64,000 nucleotides of DNA from Yuukianura sp. NJ FZ-2021 (lineage: Eukaryota): NCBI GenBank assembly GCA_046563655.1, contig CM102284.1, positions 1,116,001 to 1,180,000 on the forward strand. Direction: 5' to 3'. Both the position numbers and the translations under genes were made by a program. Of this stretch, positions 25,441-38,525 are shown piece after piece (positions within the stretch are counted from its first letter, which is position 1; every line of letters begins with the position of its first letter). The notes below the pieces were generated by a model. That model did no database searches, was not told where the DNA came from, and saw only the letters and a program-made list of their open reading frames with translations.

Positions 25441-27610
25441 TTACAAGAGCTGAAAACGTCGATGGTATGAACACAACTGGGCGATGCATTGGTCGGAGAG
25501 CTGAAATACCAAAAAACGATAAGTCATTGATTAATTAATTTAATAGATTTTTTTTCAATCAGAGTTTTGTTTTGCTTGTGTCAACTTACATTCGCATTTC
25601 CAATCGTCAAATCCAAAGGATCGAGCAACATCAGCAAAATGACACCACGGTGTGAAAGGCAATCAACACCTTCTTGCATTTCTTCCTTATCCCCGATCAA
25701 AGTCAATTTCTTGAGCCCTGCGATTTAGAATCAACGACGTTTTCCAAATAAGCATTGAAAAATTATCAGTTTAAGATGGCATTGAAAATATATTAAAAAT
25801 TCTTATAAGAGAATTACCTTTCACAATTGGCGTCGTCTTAAAACTTTCAAACAACAATTCATTAGCATTCTTCCCATCCATATGAGCCTTAACGGTGAGT
25901 GCCAATTCCTTTAAGTGAAACAAATTTTGAAAAATTTCGACGACAGCATCAGAATCATCAACGGTGGCTGCAAGACGATTTAAGTTTGGAAACACTTTAG
26001 CCCACTTGTCATTGCCACCGTCACCATAGTCAGTCACTTCAAACTCCTGTACTGTTTCAAAGCAACAGTCGGGAGTAACTTCAAAAACTCGTCGAAAAAT
26101 TGCAGCGCGTGTATACATCAAAGGAGTTGTAAGTAGAGTAACACGAACTAACACAGGAAACTGTTCTGGTTTAAGGGGAACAACTTCAACATGGAAATCC
26201 ATACGATTGGCTTCGTGATCCTCTCTGTCCATAAGTTCAATTTGTAGAGTATGAAGATTTGGAAGTGCTGGAATTTTTAACAACCTATCGACTGGTGGCA
26301 GTGTTCCTCTTGGTGTGGCTGACACGAATCCCTTTAAGTGAAGCTCCGACAAGCCTTGACAATTGGTCAGAAATTGTGACAGAAGTTGAAAGTATCCAGT
26401 GGCAGGGTTTACATTAGATTCGACTTCCAATTTCCGTATGTTGAAGTTCTTGTATACTGACAATGTTCTCCAATATGTGGAATCAGCTTCATAGCGTAAC
26501 CGGAGCGTAATGTTCGGAATTTTAATCTGTGGTAACATCTGAACTAGGGATTCGACGTCGCTGATCGGAACTTGGCCCTTGAGAAGGCTAATATCCAGCG
26601 ATGTTATAGATGTCTTGGGTGAATTTATAATACTCGACAAGAACGCAAGAAAATGAGAATCCAGAAAATCGACTTCAAGCGTCTTCAGATGGGGCAAACA
26701 GCATGTGGGTGAGAAGCTCCACATTATGGACAGTTCCTTAGTTATCTCCGTTTGAGGCAATTCATTACCTGAGAAAATAAATCCGGTTGAATAGTTATTA
26801 TGCTGATTAAATCCAGCCATAAAATTGTGGCAATAGTGTTTGAATACCATACCTTTGTATGCTCCGCAGATCCTGATAAATTGCAACCTGGGCATCTTAC
26901 TCAACACTGTAACTATGCTGTCATAGTTTGACTCTATCACATTCAATGTCAATCGTTGCACATGAGCGGCATACTTCTCTGTCATGAATCTGTTCACATG
27001 ACATCCCAAACAACCAGTGGAAATATTACATTCAATTGATGACCATGGAGGATTTTTCAGTTCCGGAAACTTCCCTAAAATTTGATACCGCCGTAGGTCG
27101 TAGTGCTCCTTTTTAGTCAAACTGAGATGTACCCGACGTCGCCGACACATTGTGGTTGCTGAATCACGCCAAGTTGTTGACACTAGACGATAAGACTGCA
27201 GAATGTCGTGGGTAGACGAGTACTCAAAAATCTTCATTAGGATCTGGAAACAAAATTTCTCATACAAATTCTACCTCAACCCAAACCCAAGGCATTTTAA
27301 TGACATTCTACTTCCGTTATTAACAGTCACTTCAAACAATACACAACTGCTAGTAAATTGAGTTGTTAACTAGCACTAGCTGGTTGGTAGAAAATCGAAT
27401 TGGTCGGTTCCACGTCATTAGATCCACGTTCCACCTACTGCAATTATGTCAGTCGTACTTAAATTAACCTAAATTTTTCAACTCAACCTATTGAACTAAA
27501 CGACTTGATGTAATTGCAGTAAACCTCATGAATTGGTACGTCAGTTGATATGAGCTTACTTCGGTTGGTAAGGAATCAACGCTGATGTTTGCGATCTGTA
27601 TGGCCGCCAT
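25441..27610 (-). CDS. F-box protein with LRR-like C-terminal region, copy 1
   Basis: Exon 1 MAAIQIANISVDSLPTE|gtaagc splices to ILMKIFEYSSTHDILQSYRLVSTTW (F-box). LPxLxxLxI repeats follow; ends ...HRRFQLL*. Confidence 0.85.
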
Positions 27611-27820
27611 GTTCCTGTAGTAATAACGGTAGACAGATGGTAACTCACGAGATTTTTAAATGTTCTGAAGCGTTTGTAAAACGTTATGGGACGTTACACT
27701 ACTTAACTAACGTAAGAACAAGATGACTTCCAGTTAATACGCGAATCGATGTCGACAGAATCCTTTAAACTATTTAAGTGCAGGTTCGTCGTTCCTTGTT
27801 TTTGTGAATCCGTTTATGTA

Positions 27821-29035
27821 GAGTTCGATTTTGTCTCCTGTGACAGACAGTCGCATGACTGAATACTCCTGTGCATTGAAATTTGCCTTAACAATAGCAA
27901 CATGTCTAAGTTACTTCGATCACCGACGCTGAACCCAATTCTTTCGGCATCATCCTCTAACCTTGCTAATAGTTCCAAAAGGCCGGCGTCATCTCCGCTT
28001 CAAAAAGAGGACAAGAAAAGTAAAGACACCCAGGCTGACCCTTTGACCGGCTCGCTAGAAGATCAGATGCGATTTCTCGTGACACAGTTTATGGAATGGC
28101 GACCAGTTTTTGAAAAATTGAAAGGTATAGAAACTATTGACCCTATTGCTGTGAACAACCGTTTTGACAATATTGATTCGGAATTGAACCGAATCAATAA
28201 GGAGCTCATCTGTTCGAACCTAATCATTTCTGGCCTTGAAGAAAAAGATACTGACACAATTTCCAGTCTTCACAAAACGATCCTGACAGTTTTCGAAAAA
28301 TTGAAGCTCCCTACGATGGACTTCAGCCAATGCCGCAGACTTGGGAGAAAATCCAACCGTCCACGTCTCGTACAAGTGAAGCTACTGCGTGAAGTCGACA
28401 AACATACCGTGCTGAAACAGAAATCAAGCATTCGTGACGACCCATATCTTCGACAAATTTTTATCAATCCAGAGCGCACAAAACTGGAAAGGACCAGGGA
28501 AGGAATTTTGAGAGCGGAAAGGAACAGATTGCGAATGGACAATCCAGACGCAAAATTTAAAATCCGGAGCGGAAAACTGATCATGACCAGCGGGAAATAC
28601 ACCACTACTTTCACCGTGAACTCAAGCGGATCGGTTATTGAAATTTAACCCTAAAGCCAATGGCATTGATCTATGTAATATCTAGCATAAGAATCCCGGT
28701 CATTAATTTCGCTTTATTCTAAATACCAAACTTTGGAAGATCCTGACTTTACAATTCTAGTAAGATGTCATTCAAATTTTTGTCTTAGTATATTGCGTCA
28801 TTCAGCTCCACTCTAAGGAAAAGTTAATTACGACATCCGATCTTGTAATTCGAAATTAGCTCTAGAACGGAATCCTCAATCTCAGCAGAATTATTATTGA
28901 TAACAGCTCAATCTACCACTAAAGTCATGAAGAATTGTCACACAATGTTATTCACCCCAATCCAACGATCGAACTCCCTCCCCATGGGCTTCGAGCCCGA
29001 AGGGGGAGTAACTAACTAATAATAATAAAAAAAAA
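27821..29035 (+). mobile_element. Non-autonomous non-LTR retroelement encoding only ORF1 (1.2 kb)
   Basis: 14-bp TSD AATCCGTTTATGTA (27807-27820, 29036-29049), 3' stem-loop, TAAC/TAA repeats plus poly(A) tail, one intact ORF, no RT. Empty site in the paralog near 32500-32525. Confidence 0.88.
27902..28648 (+). CDS. LINE ORF1p-like protein (coiled coil + RRM-like + CTD; L1/CR1/L2 Transposase_22-like), 248 aa
   Basis: NLIISGLEE, RRLGRKSNRPRLVQVKL, IFINPERTKLER and KFKIRSGKL motifs typical of ORF1p; intronless and intact. Confidence 0.85.
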   Translation: MSKLLRSPTLNPILSASSSNLANSSKRPASSPLQKEDKKSKDTQADPLTGSLEDQMRFLVTQFMEWRPVFEKLKGIETIDPIAVNNRFDNIDSELNRINKELICSNLIISGLEEKDTDTISSLHKTILTVFEKLKLPTMDFSQCRRLGRKSNRPRLVQVKLLREVDKHTVLKQKSSIRDDPYLRQIFINPERTKLERTREGILRAERNRLRMDNPDAKFKIRSGKLIMTSGKYTTTFTVNSSGSVIEI

Positions 29036-29573
29036 AATCCGTTTATGTATGGAAATTGGAAAAGTGTAAGTGGAATGTTTGCCCTCCTCCCCCTAAACAG
29101 CCTTGTTTATCTTTTTTATGAATTACTACTAGTAAGCCGATGTGGTTTACTTAAGGAAGAACTCCTGTCATTGTGTTCACCCGCATCTCTTATGCGCATA
29201 ACATTTCAGATTGGATAGTTAGTTACAGGATGTAACTATTTTTAATTTTAATTACAGCGTACTCGTCACAATGTAAAAATTAGAAAATCAGTAACAGTCC
29301 CAACACGTGTCATTTTCCTCTAATTTATTGTAAGTCAGGAATTAACCAACGTTTTAATTGTTGAATTCATCTTTTCGTCAAAGAAAATTAGTATAGTATG
29401 TATATTAGTGTATTAATGGATTATATTATAATGGATTATATTATTGGTGTATTAAATTAGTGTATATTAGTGTGTATGTTAGTGCATATATTATAATAAT
29501 TATAATAGAAAGTAAAAATTAATAGTTCACGAAAGAGGTGTCACTGTTTGTACTTTTTAGGGCCGGATTAGGT

Positions 29574-32310
29574 TTACAAGAGCTGAAAACGTCGATGGTA
29601 TGAACACAACTGGGCGATGCATTGGTCGGATAGCTGAAATGCCAAAAGCGATTTATTGATTAATTAACTTAATGTAAAAATTTGATCTTGTTGTATCAAG
29701 AGTTTAGGTTGTCAACGTACTTTCGCATTTTCAATCGTCAAATCCAAAGGATCGAGCAACATCAGCAAAATGGCACCAGAGTCTGAAAGGCAATCTCCGT
29801 TCTGTATTTCTTCTTTATACCCGATCAGAGTCAATTTTTTGAGCCCCGTAAATGCTATTCATTATCAACAACATTTTTAATTAAAGATAACTGCAAAATT
29901 ATCCGTTTTAAAAGGGATTTAAAACGAATTTAAATAATAGAATGAGAAATTACCTTTCACATTCACAAATGGCGTCGTATTAAAATTTTCAAACAATATT
30001 GAATTTGCATTCTTCCCATCGATAGCGTTAATGGTAAGTGCCAATTCCTTTAAGTGAAACATATTTTGAAAAATTTCAATCACAGCACCAGAATCAGCAA
30101 CGGTGGCTTCAAGACGATTTAAGTTTGGAAACACTTTAGCCCACTCGTCATCGTCACCATAGTCAGTCACCTCAAACTCCTGTACTGCTTCAAAGCAACA
30201 GTCGGTAACTTCAAAAACTTCACGAAAAATTGAGGCGTGTGAATAGATCAGGGGAGTTGTAAGTAGAGTGACACGACGTAATTGAGGAAACTGTTGTGGT
30301 TTAAGTGGTACAACTTCAACATGGAAATCCATACGATTGGCTTCGTGATCCTCTCTGTCCATAAGTTCAATTTGTAGAGTATGAAGATTTGGAAGTGCTG
30401 GAATTTTTAAGAACCTATTGGCTGGTGGCGGTGTTCCTCTTGGTGTGGCTGACACGAATCCCTTTAAGTGAAGCTCCGACAAGCCTTGACAATTGGTCAG
30501 AAATTGTGACAGAAGTTGAAAGTATCCAGTGGCAGGGTTTACATTAGATTCGACTTCCAATTTCCGTATGTTGATGTTCTTGTATACCGATAAGGTTCGC
30601 CAATGTGCGGAATCAGCTGCATAGCGTAACCGGAGTGTAATGTTCGGAATTTTAATCTCTGGCAACATACGAACTAGGGATTCGATTTCGATGATCGGAA
30701 CTTGGCCATTGAGAAGGCTAATATCCAACGATGTTATAGATGTATTGGGTAAATTGATAATGTTCAACAAGAACTCAAGAAAAAAAGAATCCAGGAAATC
30801 GACTTCAAGAGTCTTGAGATTGGATAAACTCCAAGTGGTGGATGAGATGTTCCACATTATGGACAGCTCCTCATTTAAGTTTACCTCCGTTTGAGACAAT
30901 TCATTACCTGAAAATTAAAAAAATCCGGTTGAATTCAGCTGATTAAATCCAGCCATAGAATTGCTATACATAATCTATGAATACCATACCTTTGTATCCT
31001 CCGCAGATCCTGATAAATTGCAACCTGGGCATCTTACTAAACACTGTGACCATGTTGTCATAGTTTGGCTGTATCACATTCAATGTCAATCTTTGCACAT
31101 GCGCGGCAAACTTCTCTGCCACGAATCGGTTCAACTGAGATCCCAAATAACCAGAGGAAATATTGTATTCAATTGACGACCATGGAGGATTTTTCAGTTT
31201 CGGAAACTTCCCTGCAATTTGATACCGCCGTACGATGTAGTGTTCCTGTTTAGTCAAACTGAAATGTACATGACGTCGCCGACACATTGTTGTTGCTGAA
31301 TCACGCCAAGCCCTTGACACTAGACGATAGGACTGCAGAATGTCGTGGGTCGACGAGTACTCAAAAATCTTCATGAGGATCTGGAAACAAAATTTCGCAT
31401 GTTAATTTTATCCCAAACCCAAAGAATTTCGATTATTTTCAAACTGTCTAGTTCGCTTATTAACAGGGCTGCAAAAAATATTTACTAAAAACCCTCAAAA
31501 TATTTATTGAAATATTTACCAAAAAACGGCACTATATTTAAGAAAATATTTACTAACCAAGTCAATATTTACAAAATTTTAACTTGAAACCACGTAAATT
31601 CAGTTGGCATTTGTTAATTTATCAGCTGATACTTTTTAGCGCAACCGGAATTTGGAGTGTTTCTGTAACTGTCCTACATTTTCTTGCTTGGCTTAAAATT
31701 TAACAGGATGCCGAATTTGTTCAAAGATGCTTTTGGTGTTTCTTGATCGGTTGAAAAAGAAAAAATTGTTAACCACGGGTGAAAATTATCACCAAAATAC
31801 CAACATTTTGGTTTGAAAAATACTAAAATGGCGAAATATTTACAAAAATATTGATTATTTTTCAAAAACAACCAAAAATTTAGAAAAATATTTATATTTT
31901 TTAAAATGGCGGAATATTTTTTTTAAATATAAAAATATTTAATATTTAAGAAAATATTTTTTGCAGCCCTGCTTATTAATGGTAGCTTCAGCTTCCGACA
32001 ATCCACTAAATTGAATTCTTAGCAAGCATTTAGCTGGTATTGGTACAAAGTGGAATTGGTTGGTTCCACCTCATGAGATCTAGTACTAAAATTATATCAA
32101 CATCGTACTTTAAACAAAGCAACGTAAACTTTTCAACTAAACCTAAAACTATTGAACATGAACTAGTAAGTATTGAACTAAACGAGAAACGACATGATGT
32201 TAATTGCAGTAAATCTCATAAGGTGCTTTGAATTGGTACGCCAATCGATATGAGCTTACTTCGGTTGGTAAAGAATCAACGCCGACTTTTCCAATCAGTG
32301 CGTCAGCCAT
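29574..32310 (-). CDS. F-box/LRR-like protein, tandem copy 2
   Basis: Exon 1 MADALIGKVGVDSLPTE|ILMKIFEY...; same exon structure as copy 1. Confidence 0.85.
31464..31971. mobile_element. hAT-type MITE, 508 bp, in intron 1 of F-box copy 2
   Basis: TIRs CAGGGCTGCAAAAAATATTT...AAATATTTTTTGCAGCCCTG, ATATTTA subterminal repeats, 8-bp TSD CTTATTAA (31456-31463, 31972-31979). Absent from the copy-1 intron (~27316). Confidence 0.92.
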
Positions 32311-32979
32311 GTTTCGGTAATGATAACAACGGTAAACAGATGGTACAGTAACTGATGAGCTCAAATTTTCTGAAACTTATGGGAACGCAGCGTTACTCAA
32401 ATAAGATAGCTTCCAGTCAATCCCGACACGATCCAGTCAGAATCCTTTAACTCCTAAACTAGTATTTGAATGGAATTAATTGGTGTTGCTCCTTTACTTT
32501 AGTGAATCAGTTTGTAGAATGTAGAACCGCATGTTTACTCTCCCTCCGCATAACCGCCTTGTTTATGTTTTTTATTATTACAAAGCCGATGTGGTTTACT
32601 TAAACAAGAACTCCTGTCATTGTGTTCACCCATTAGCCATATCTCATCTCATGTTCACTACATTTCAGATTGGATGATTACAGCATGTAGTAACTATTTT
32701 TAATTTTAATTACAGCGCCTTGCACACAACGTAAAAATCAATAACAATAATAGTGATTCTCTGAGCTACAGACCCGCAATTGTGCATAACAATAACATCA
32801 CGAGAAATTTTATTAAAATTTGCTTACTTTGAATTCAAAACTTTATTAATTCATTTTTGTTAATTTTTTGAACTCCTAACTCTTTTAAGCGGTTCTAATT
32901 AAAAGGTTTAACAAAGCTATGAGAGGGTGAAGGAAAGTAGTTTTATGCGTCATTTCAAGAGAAAAGATTTGAGTAAATT

Positions 32980-34953
32980 TCAACGTTGGTAGGAACTTAA
33001 AAGTTTAAATCTAGGAAACGTTTCGGCAAACACATCCCGACAAACTTTAAAACTTCTGAAAGTCACGCATTCCTGACCGTCGGCACAGTCGGAGTTTCTT
33101 GCGCAGAAGCAGGAGTCCATTAATGCGCAGTGTTGCTCTTCTGTGCTCAAAGTCAGCTGATTAGACACTCCCGTCACTCTTCTTCCAAAATTGTTCATAA
33201 AGAGGCCATTCGGGTCGTACTTTTTCAGATAAGTGCGAAATTTGGCCAAATTCGGAGCACTACGCATGATCATTTCTCTGCTGTGGAATGCTGCTCCGTT
33301 TGATGACCAGTGAGGCCTCCCGCCATGTTCAAACACCTAAAAATTTAAAATTTTAGAAAGAAAAATACCAAAATTTTAGAAAAAAAAAATTCTTGTAAAA
33401 CCTTTTTTAACTTTTTTTTTTACCATAGCCTGTGCAAATGCCTGGTACGCTGCCAGTCCTGCTCTGGCAGTGGTGTATCTACGCCTGCGCATTGGTGTGA
33501 CGATCTCTATATTAAAAGTCTCCCGTCCGAATTCATTCGACATCATGCCTGTTGCTGGGGCAGCAAATTTTAACAAAATGCCAATAAACGGAAAATGTGC
33601 TGGATACTGGTTCAAAATACTTTTGATTGTCTTGACAACAGCATCGAACTCTTCAATTGGCAGAGCAAATGAAGCCACGATGGGGTAAATCCCAAATTCC
33701 CACCCACAACTGCCCGGCGTGCAGCGATTGGTTGTCAGATCATGAGCGTAGCCAATGGCAGGATTCTTAAGCGTTTTACCGCCATCTTCCGAAAAATATG
33801 CTTGTTTCTGTGGAACTTGGTGATAAAAAGAATATTCCGCCAATCGCTCAATTGTTTTCAACAGAAGGCGACTTCTGAATTTCTGCGCATGCTCAAAAGT
33901 GTTTCTAATGATGGTACCCATCAGCGGTGTGAAGTCAATCACTTGATATACTTTGGCATGTCCAGTAACGTTTAAACCCACGTACTTCCCTTTTGACGCG
34001 ACGACAGAACGCGTATTTGGGAACCACCAAAATTGGGCCCAATCGAACTCACGAGCAGCCTCTACCGGAAAACCGCCAAGAAGAACCGAATCCGAAATCC
34101 GGTAATGCTCAATTTTCATGTTGTACGCCGGTACGGTTCGGAATGTAGCGTCGACTATGATTCCAAGCAGGCCCAACTGGACTCTAAAAGCATCTAGGTC
34201 TTCCGGATGCTGAGTTTCATCAATAATGACGGTTTTACCGGTACCGTCAATTACCGTCATCCGAACCACCAGTGACGATATCGATACCGGGTGAAGTAGA
34301 CTTGCCCCTCTGACGCCTGTCCCAAGTCCTCCACCAACTGTTACTCCACCGTAAGACGGAAGGTGGCCATCTAATGCTCTCCCGCGAATTTTCAATTCTT
34401 CTATTAAATCTCCCAAGGCCGTTCCCCCTCCAGCGGTGACCGTGTTGGCAGCATTATCGAATCGAACGTAGTTGATTCTGCGCATGTCAATTGGAATTCC
34501 TTCAGTACAGATGATGTCCGTCATGGAATGGAGTGCTCCAAGGGCTTTTACGGTTCTGTTTAAACTGATGGCGCGAAAAACGATTTGTCGTAATTCGTCG
34601 ACATTTGATGGTCGCTGGATGTCGTACGCACTGGAGCAAACAACTTCCGTTTGATAATTTGTATAACCAGCACCTTTGCATAAAATACTAAAAGATTTTT
34701 TTATTAGTAAACATTGTTAAATTGAACTTTCCAAAATTTTGATTTCAGCTGAGGAGATTTTGAAAGGCCGTATAAGTTTTTAACAGTTGTGTAATTATTG
34801 TTTTTAACTTTTTGAAAATACGCAATTCTTCAAAAACGGGGAAATTGGAATTTTGAAAATTCAGTTTCAAAATTTGCGTCAAACTTACTTATAGTTGTGC
34901 AGTTGTGCCGTGACCAACAGTATTCCTAAATGTGTAAGCGATAATTTCACCAT
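32980..34953 (-). CDS. FAD-linked aldonolactone oxidase, plant/microbial GULLO-like (FAD_binding_4 + ALO), with predicted signal peptide, 3 exons
   Basis: VKALGALHS (covalent-FAD His position), TVGGGLGTG, LGLLGII, GGRPHW, YDPNGLF, and a C-terminal Cys cluster HCALMDSCFCARNSDCADGQEC like plant GULLOs. Confidence 0.85.
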
Positions 34954-35550
34954 TTCTTAAATTAAAATTTAAAAATTTAAAGACAATTGTGGAAAAAGTT
35001 AAATTCTCATTTAAAAAAAAATCCTGAATCAAACTTGAACTGAAGTTTTATATGCTTCATTAGATACTAAAAACTATACTAACAACTTCACTTTTTGTGA
35101 AGCTTGTTAGGTGAATTTTTAGTCTATAAACTACGAGGTCATGAGACTAAAAAACCAGTTTTCAGTTATACTTTACTTTACTTATCATTAGCCTCAAATC
35201 AACAAACAAATTGTATTTTCCAGGCTGAGTTTTTGCATGTGAAAAGTGAATCCTTGTTTCCCTAATTTGAAAATTTGAGAAAAATTTGTGGATAAGGATG
35301 TAGAATTATGAGGATTTACTTTTCGACTGTTTCAAGAAAATTAGGAAGAACGGTTTAAGCGTGCTTTGAACCTTAAGATTGAAGTTGAATTTTATTCTAA
35401 TTTTGACTTTTCTTGTACTTTCTGTTGACAGTTCTTATATTTATGATTTACCGCTAAAGTTTTTTTGTGTGTGTATTGAGGTACATGCAGTTCGGTTTCG
35501 GTAGTAAAGTATTCGGTATTGTGAAATTTTAACTTTTTAGTTTAGTTAAC

Positions 35551-36175
35551 CTAGCCTTGACGCATTCTGCCTACAACTAGATCTGCTTGGTAAATACTAA
35601 TGATTAAGTGCTTGAATAGATAAAGTATGAAACAGATTGTCGCTACGGTAATGGACATGACGAAGAATGTCAAGCACATGAGAACTGTGTGTACTAATGC
35701 TGTCCAAGTATCAAGCATTTCTTCTAGAGATTCAGTCCAGGCAACTAGAATCTCCGCTGATGTACGATTCCAAGTTGTGATGAGTTCATCCAATTCTGTA
35801 CACGCAAAAATTTGAACGTCCTCGGCTTCAAAATATCCGCCACGTTGACCTAATATTTAATTTTTTTTAGTGCAAACATACTTTTTACATAAGTTTTTGA
35901 TTTTAAAAATTCAAAAAACATAGAAATTTTGAAACAAGCAGAAAAAATTAGTATCGAACTTACGAATCTCTATGAAGCAGTATTTCCCAGTACCCTGGTC
36001 ACGCAAATCTCCAGTAGTTGTAGTGTTGTTCCTGAAAAACTCTGGTTTTTGACAATGCACTTCCTTAAGTACAAGCACCACCAGTACCAAGACTAACTAA
36101 AATTCAAAACATAAAAATATAACATAAATAATAAATGCAATATAATACAAAAATAAATCTCACTTTGGAATCCAT
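35551..36175 (-). CDS. Small uncharacterised membrane protein, ~3 exons
   Basis: MDSK|...LVLVLVVLVL... N-terminal hydrophobic stretch and C-terminal TM segment LMCLTFFVMSITVATICFILYLF; GT-AG sites present. Confidence 0.5.
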
Positions 36176-36468
36176 TTGTAGTGGTAGAGCAATAAACTTG
36201 GTACAAATCAGAAGCTGATTTAAAAGTGTCTGACATAAAAAAAAAACTCGCGACTCGGCAAACGTAAAATTCAAAAACTGTTCAATGTTCAAAAAAAACA
36301 TTTTATGAAAAAAATATGGACATTCCAAAAATACGTTTCAGAGGCTTTCCTCCAATAAGAAACCCTTTTGACTTTGTCAAATCCTTTTGTAATAGTCTAT
36401 TCTAACTTAACCTAAGAAAATACAAATTTTGACGTAGTATTTTTTTTTGGTTTCTTTTTTTTTTTGGT

Positions 36469-38525
36469 TCAAAACTGTTTTAATTTATTTGAATCTCCCG
36501 CCATATACAGTTCTATTTTGCGTGCGTTAAGAGGCTGAACCGGTCGGTAGTTAAAATCTGAAACTCCATGAGAATTTCTAAGATGCCGGAATGCCTCCAT
36601 CTAGGAATTAAAAAAAAGTGTTTCAGTTTTCAATATTTTGCAGCAAAAGGCATGTGGTACTTTTTCCTACCAAAATTTTGAACAAAAAACAAAAACTGTT
36701 ACTTGTTTATACCTGTTCTTCTGAAATTCCCAAGGACTCTAAGAAGATTGTCCACACTACGACTTCGTTACAAGTGGGTGTAGTCAAGGAGCCCAAGTAT
36801 CGAGCGTAGCTGGCTTCTGTAAGGTTAGGGTACAGCGATCCTATGTTAATGTCCAAGTGAAACTCTGTCACGTTACCGGGAAGCTCCAAATACGACAGGG
36901 CTTCTACGATCGGTTTCATTACTGCATCATCTTTCGGTTCAATCTAAAAAAAAAAGCTTTGTGTTAAACATTTTCTGGGTATTCCACTCGTAGCCGGCTT
37001 TTCCTCGCTCTTTCTAAATTCATCTTTCTACTGAAGCGGTTCCAATTCTTAGGACAATGGAAACAGAGTTCGTTGTTTCACTTCACATTCAATTTTTTCG
37101 CTCACAAGTTCATAATTGTACAAAGCGGTGAAACTCCTGGAACTCTTTTCATAAGAAACGGTGGTAAATCGCTATACAGAAGTACCGAAAACAGTATCTT
37201 GACCTGTTAAGCCGTCGCTGAGGTAATTAAAATTGACGGCAGACAGTTGAACACACAAACAAACGGACAGACACAGAGACTGACATACAGACACACGGGC
37301 AGACAGACAGATAATGTCAATGCATCAAGTAGCTTTCACTACGGAATCAAAATGCTTAAAAATGTATTCTTTACATGGAAGAACACCGCCATTACAGCTA
37401 CGGCTTCCCGGTCACCTTGTGCAGCTAATGCCTCTGCCAATGACCCGTACTTGGCCCTGAAGTGAACAATGTGTAACTCCAAAGGGAAACTGTTTACAGT
37501 AAAAAAAAGGTTCGTAAAAACGTAAAACATCGTAAATACGTAAATATTTACGAACCTGTGGCCGTTCAGAGTGTGTTCAGACCCGTTGAAGTCTTTCTCT
37601 GCCCAGTGAAAATGCAACTGCGCAAAGATGTAAGTATCGGAAAGCCCGCCACCGGAAATAACCAAATCACTCATCAATTCAGCCAGGTTTGGAGTCAGTT
37701 CTAGTTGGACTGAATTGCACACAAAAAAAAATTAAAATTTGTGAAAATTTTGAGCTTGAAATTTTTTAAAAGTAAGAAATCGATAGGGTTTGCTATTTTG
37801 TACGAGAATTGCATGACACACTCCACAAAATTACTTTTTAGAGACTTTTTTTTCTTAATTGAATTGAAATTTGAACGTTACCGGTATGTCCATTGTTCTG
37901 AGCGTAAAATTCATGAAGAACTTTCATTTGGTATTTCGGATTCATTTCAAAATGTTCAGTTTTTTTCAAAATCAGGTCCGACCTTCCTGACGTTTCAGCC
38001 GTGACGACATCAATCGGCGACTGTTGTTTTCCAGTTTCGCAAATTCCTGGCCACTTCCGGGCGTCACACCATTCCTCGTCATAACAAAAACTGGAAGCTA
38101 AATAGGTCAATGAATTGCGGTTATTCCCTCAAGTCATTCAGAAATTTAAATTTTCAAAATTTACTTCCAAAAACATAAATATCAGAAAAAAATTTTGAAA
38201 AGGAAACTCACCGTCAGGTAAACCGTTTTTCGTGTCTAAATTTACCGGTCGAACTCTGCTAATGGGCGGACTATTTTTGGCTCCAGAGTTGATCACAAAA
38301 AATACCACCGTAAGTGTTACCCCCAAAGTAACTAAAAGTCTAAAAAAAACAAAAATTTGGGAAAAAAAAAGTTTTCAAAAATCCAAATTTTAAATTTCTA
38401 TGTTTCACTACCATTTTTTTTATTTTTTAATCTTACCCAGCAATTGCAATAAATTTTATTTTGTTAGATCTACTTTCTCCTCCGGTCTGCGTCGTGCCGT
38501 CATTACTTTCTCCGGCTTCCACCAT
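36469..38525 (-). CDS. Alpha carbonic anhydrase with N-terminal signal-anchor
   Basis: QQSPID, NNGHT, QLHFHW, GSEH, ELHIVH, YLGSLTTPTCNEVVVW, NYRPVQPLN. All three Zn-binding His are present. Confidence 0.92.
37205..37315. repeat. CAGA/GACA microsatellite with short hairpin (possible Helitron/DINE-like remnant) in a CA intron
   Basis: GCCGTC...GACGGC stem at 37211-37240 followed by an imperfect (CAGA)n tract. A similar GGACAGACGGACAAACA...TATAATAG motif occurs at ~46546-46585. Confidence 0.35.

Noticed and set aside
25771-27267. A single-exon 498-aa ORF as the true F-box protein
   Set aside because: The ORF reads through an in-frame intron (~26770-26850, which has a stop in the paralog) and omits the first and last exons.
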